Assembly: GCF_009914755.1 (NCBI RefSeq)
Contig: NC_060933.1
Reading direction: 5' to 3' (one strand)
Length of the DNA stretch: 64,000 nt
Origin: the human T2T-CHM13v2.0 reference genome, Homo sapiens
The notes under the pieces are model-generated. The model did not search any database. It saw nothing but the letters and a program-made list of their open reading frames with translations, and had not been told where the DNA came from. The translations under genes were made by a program, and so were the position numbers. Shown piece by piece: positions 54,461 to 64,000 of this stretch. Positions within the stretch are counted from its first letter, which is position 1. Each line of letters starts with the position of its first letter.

Positions 54461-56659
54461 CTACCCCTCAAACTCTTCACAACCCTCATCCCGTTTACTA
54501 GCACCTGCAAACCACAGCCTCCCTTCTTGTCCCATTAGTGAATTTAAATCGGATTTTGTTTTTCCTCTTAGTTGAAAGAAAAATAATCTTTTTGTATTCT
54601 TTTGCGTAACCTATCTCGGATTTGGAGAAAATTTTAATTCAAATTAATACGCTTATATTGGGGGGGTGAGTGGTACTTTCCTCCTTTTCAATAAATTTCT
54701 ATACTTGCTACTTTATGGAGAGTTTACTTTTCTTTGGGGATGAGTTACACCTTATGTTTTCACATGTGTTACTTCTTTAATGATAAGTTCAACTCTTTTC
54801 TCCATTCCATCCTCCAATTTTGCTATTTATAAATATCACCTAATGGATTTAGAGTTTATTCATTTTTCTCCTCCCTCACTAGTTTTTCAGCTGTTACAGA
54901 ATCACCACAATTTATTTTTCTCTGTATGTGGATGAGGTTTTGTGTTGATTCCTATTTTGTTTTGTAAATGAATTTATTGTTTGGGAAACTCTTGGGGGAT
55001 GTGTGTGTAACAAAGGTCTCTTGATTAATTCCAACCTCTCCTCTTCTGAAGAACAATTTGCTTGAAATGTTTTGAGTATTTTCCTCATTTTTATTATGTC
55101 TAAAATTGAGGTATTTTACCTTCTTTAAAACCTGGCCTCTTTTTAAAATTTAACCTTTTGCATGTTAAACCATTTTTAAGGTTTTTATTTTATAAACTGC
55201 AATGATTAGTAGATTTACTTGCCTTTCCCTGACCTCCTTCACACGCCTGCCTCCTCCATCTCAAAACTCCCATCCCCAGCTTCCACAATTCTCAGCTTCC
55301 AATGGACTCATCCTCCCCTCTCCTCCCAGCCAAGGAGGGATGCCTGGGAAGTAGACAGTGTCCTTCTTGGGTCAGAACCTATGCTCTGGTTCTAGTTCAG
55401 GACACCTCCAGTCTGACCTCCAAGCCGGCAAAACGAGTGAGAGAAGAATTTCTGCTCAACTTTTTCATTTGGGACTAAGTTCTTTCCACTTGGCTGTATT
55501 CTGGAGAACTCTGATACATGAAATTGAATTTTAAATTCTCCTTTTTTCCCTAAATTCTAAGAAAAGTGCAGGCAGATTGTTTTTCTTCCTTAAATGTAAG
55601 CTGTTAGCTTAGGGGTCAGCCCTTTGGGTCTTTTATCTCCTGAGGGAGACTTCTCAGAGAGACACACAGTGTTGATTCTTCCTTTTAGTTTTGGGTAAGG
55701 TAGAAGGGGCAGGGAGTGGGGAAGCCCATATTGATCTCTGGCTCTAGCTCTGAACAAAGAAGGGTAGAGAGCTGGCCTGGGGACTTGTCCCTTTGGTCAG
55801 TAAGGTTTGGCTTAGGAGAGAGTTTGAAGTAAATCCCAGCTCTGAGGAAATTCTTCTTTTTAGCATTACTGTGAAAATAAACTCTTAAAATGGTGTGACT
55901 TGGCGTCAAACTATTCAGATTCCTTGAAGTAACAAAAATAAACTTACAAGAGTAATTTATGTTTCCCAAAGATCCGCCTCCAGTGACTGTCCATTTCTCT
56001 CAGGGAAACAGAACCCAACTGGGCAGAAGTAAAACTGCCACCCTTCCCCTTTCAGTTCCCCAGTCACATTGACATTCTGGGCACATTTGGCCCAGCCCTC
56101 GTCCCTGCTTCTCCCAAGTATGAATCTAAATTACTATTAATAAGGGGCCGCTCCAAGTTAATTGGCATTAAAAGAATTCATTTCAATTTGTTAATATTAA
56201 ATGAATGCTCTGCACTTTAGCTCCCTTCTTCGCCCTGGATTCCCAGATGAGTGATGGGAAGAAGGGGCAGGGAAGTAGAATGAGGATTTTATTTCTGGCT
56301 CTCCAGCTTAGCCACTGTGGTGCCTCCCCTGGGGGTGTGCAATCAGGCACAGTGGGGGCCTGCTTGGGGAAGGTCTGATGGTCTTTTTTGGTGAAATTCA
56401 TCTGTTTTAGCAGGAGTTGTGGGGGAGGGTGGGTGGGGAGCAGAGGGAGAGGGACAGAATGGTTTGGGGGACTTTGTGGGGAGCAGAGGGTCTAGAGAGA
56501 AAGTGGGAAGGGAAAGGGACAGAGGTCAACAGGAGTTTTGGAGAACAAGGGTTGTAGGCTGTGGGGGGTAAAGCCGATTTGTGAAGAACTGGTGATAGGA
56601 ACTAAACAACCCACCTAGAAGGGGAGGGGCTTTGAGCAGGGGTGGGGAGGTCGGATTTG

Positions 56660-59565
<2,906 letters not shown>

Positions 59566-60561
59566 ACCATGGGGGCAAATCCCTCCTGAGGACAGGGCTG
59601 GAAAGGTCATGGAGATCATCTTGTGCTTGGACAAGCCTCTCACCAGTCACCACAGGGCCCTGACTCCCATTCCTACCTTCAAGAAGCTCAGCAGGCTACT
59701 ACTCGTGTTCATGTTGGGTCACTACATACGGTTTTATTTGAAGGAAGGACCCCAGAGTTAAACTCATTTGAAAACCCCTGATAAATTCAGTCCCCTCCCT
59801 CTTTTTACAGGTGAGGCCCGGAGAGAAGATATGACTTGCTTAAGGTCACACACTTAGTTTCTCTGTCAATCTTTCTAAATCGAGGATGAGTTCTCTTCCC
59901 ACTGTATCAGGCTGCCTCAACAAACAGGGAAGTACAAAAATAGCCAAATCCAGGAAGGAGGGCAGTGGTCTGTGTGTCCTCCAATTATTTCATGGGACAG
60001 CCAAGCCTATTTTCTTGATTTCCCTTGTGCCCCTCCTGTCGGATATCTGCTTTGGGACCCATCTCTTTTGGGCTTGCAGAGAGAATGGGCTGCACCAGCT
60101 CTCTACCCTCTGCATCACCCAGATGGTCAAACATGCAAAGGGAAAGGAGAGCTGGGGCCAGAGTCAAGGCAGGCAAAGAGACTCCTCGACCCCCTCCAGT
60201 CTTTCCACATTTATATTTTTGGAATTTCAGGCTCCCTCCTCCCCCGGGACCTTTCCTAGTAGCCCACCAGGGAGAAGAAGAGGGAAAACTGTCATAAATT
60301 TCTCCTATTTATACAAGATGACAGAGTTTCTTGTGCCAGAAAAAACACAGAAAGGGAGCTGTCAGGGGAGAAGGGACCCAGCCCTATACCTTCTGGAGTC
60401 AATTTATCTTTCCAAATCATGGCTTGGGGGCTACCCTAACATTACCTGTATGAAATGCAGGCTTTGACTTGGGGCAGCCAGGCCAGACAGCCCCTGAGCT
60501 TTGTTTCTGATCACAGTTTTCCTGCTTCATCTCAACTTCCCCCTACCCCTTATGCTGTCTT

Positions 60562-61028
60562 TTTAAAAAACAACCTTCTTGAGGTATAATTCATGTGTCA
60601 TACAATTCACCATTTGAAATGTACAATTCAATGGTTTTAGTATATTCACAGGTATGCCAAACCATCACCATAGTTAATTTTAGAACATTTTCATCACCTC
60701 AAAAAGAAATCTTGTAACCTTTAGCTATCACCTCCCTATCCTCCCATATTCCTTCTTGCCCTTAACAATACTAATGTACTTTCAGTCTCTGTAGATTTCC
60801 CTATTCCGGACTTTCATATGAATGGCATCATATAATAAGAGACCTACTGTGACTAGCTTCTTTCATTGAGCATAGTGTTTTCAAGGTTCATCCATGTTGT
60901 GGCATTTATCAGTACTTCATTCCTTTTCAAGGCTGACTAATATTCCATTGTATGGATATATCACACTTTGTTTATCCGTTCATCTATTGGTGAACATTTG
61001 GGTTTTTTCCACCTTTTGGATATTATGA
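60562..61028 (-). mobile_element. L1MB-type 3' end
   Basis: Contains 'ttgaggtataattc...tacaattcaatggttttagtatattcacag...tttagaacattttcatcacctcaaaaagaaa'. Confidence 0.85.
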
Positions 61029-61849
61029 TTCTCTCTTTCCTCTTATTCTCTAGACATCTTGGATAGTATCCAGTGAGGCCTGTGGGCAAGAATGGGTGTT
61101 TCTTATATTTGGGAACACCTAATATCCATGAAAGCAGGGTCTTGGCACATGTCTGCTTTCATATTAAGTACACGTACTAGCTGGAATTTTCCTCCCTCTG
61201 TTGTTACTGAGTTGGGGCTGCTCCCTCCTTTATCAATTCTCCCTTTTTATCATGATTGCTATGTTGGAAACTTGCTGACTCTTCAGACTAGGGGATTCAG
61301 ATCCTTCTCTTGGGGCTTCAGAGACATGGAGTGGATGAATGTCTTCCCATGAGGGAGGAGTTCCCTGAGTCTGGTCTCAAGTGATTATCCAGTGCCTCAC
61401 AGTGGAAGGAAGGTCTGTGAAGACTCCAGGGTCGAGGGAAAGTTATGTTCTTGGAGGTATGACTGAGCCCAGAATCCAGGCCTCCAGTGTCCATCTCCTT
61501 GCCTGGCCCATTTCAGTCTTCAGACATGCTTTGAGGTCAATCCAGTCACTCACCCAGCAACAGACACTGCCTCTGCCCTCATGGACCTTGCAGTTCTAGT
61601 GGTGAGAGTAAGATGAATACAAGTGAACAAAATGATGGCAAGTTGTTCAAGCTTGTTCAAACTTCTAAACACTGTTCAATGAATGAATGAACCAACAAGA
61701 ACTTACTATGTGCTCTGGAAAGAAAATGTGAAAAATGTCGAGTTGTAAATCACTTTCTGCTACCGCTACCTTTCCTAGTCTGGAAGTCAGCATTACTTCT
61801 CCATCCCTTGGAGGAGATAGTGGGCAGATATTACAAAATGTTAGCTAAA

Positions 61850-63630
<1,781 letters not shown>

Positions 63631-64000
63631 TCGCAAAGTGGGCATCGCATGGGGACTACACTTGAAACTCTAGTTTGTTAGTCTGGTGCCCCTGCTTCCG
63701 CCTGCCTCCCTCAGTCTTTATGGCCCATTGGAAAAAGTAAGCCAGAGCTGTGGCTCCCAGGGTGACGATCCTTCAGCTGCATCCTTGGCACTGTCATTCC
63801 CTCCCCCCATCTCCCACCAAGGGCTACAGCCGAGAATACCACAGACGGTTTGCCATGGATCAAGATTTCTCTCAAGAAAGAGCTCACAGAAAGGCTGCTG
63901 TGAGAAAGGAAGTCACTTGCTACTCCCCTCATTCCTCCATCAGGAGGAGCTAGATGAGGTCACTGTACATTTGAGTGGGTGCTATCAAAGCACAGCCTCT

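Noticed and set aside
59886-60467. 193-aa ORF
   Set aside because: No recognisable homology, motif or exon structure.

Overview
Primate (very likely human) genomic DNA that is repeat-dense, with no intact protein-coding gene, RNA gene or CRISPR array that I can support. It reads as a mosaic segmental-duplication region with four parts. (i) ~1-38.8 kb is extremely Alu-rich and resembles a KRAB-zinc-finger cluster. It has a CpG-rich promoter (ZNF143-type, CCAAT and TCTCGCGAGA motifs, ~10.8 kb) and three spliceable exons (start exon MNME, 127-bp KRAB-A, 96-bp KRAB-B; 19968-21112) of a ZNF850-like pseudogene with an in-frame TGA and no zinc-finger exon. It also holds an old direct duplication (1-3808 vs 27816-31258). 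(ii) ~38.9-52.2 kb has older repeats, a Tigger1 fossil interrupted by a locally templated ~410-bp insertion, a FAM182-like Alu-exonised segment and a full-length THE1 MaLR element. (iii) ~52.2-54.1 kb is a single SST1/NBL2-like macrosatellite unit. (iv) ~54.1-64 kb is MIR-rich, gene-flank-like DNA. Nearly all ORFs in the track come from Alu, microsatellite or other transposon sequence. Repeat subfamily names and paralog identities are from my recall of consensus sequences and need RepeatMasker/BLAT confirmation. I found no evidence of a new multi-gene system; the best leads concern rearrangement mechanisms and possible chimeric non-coding transcription.
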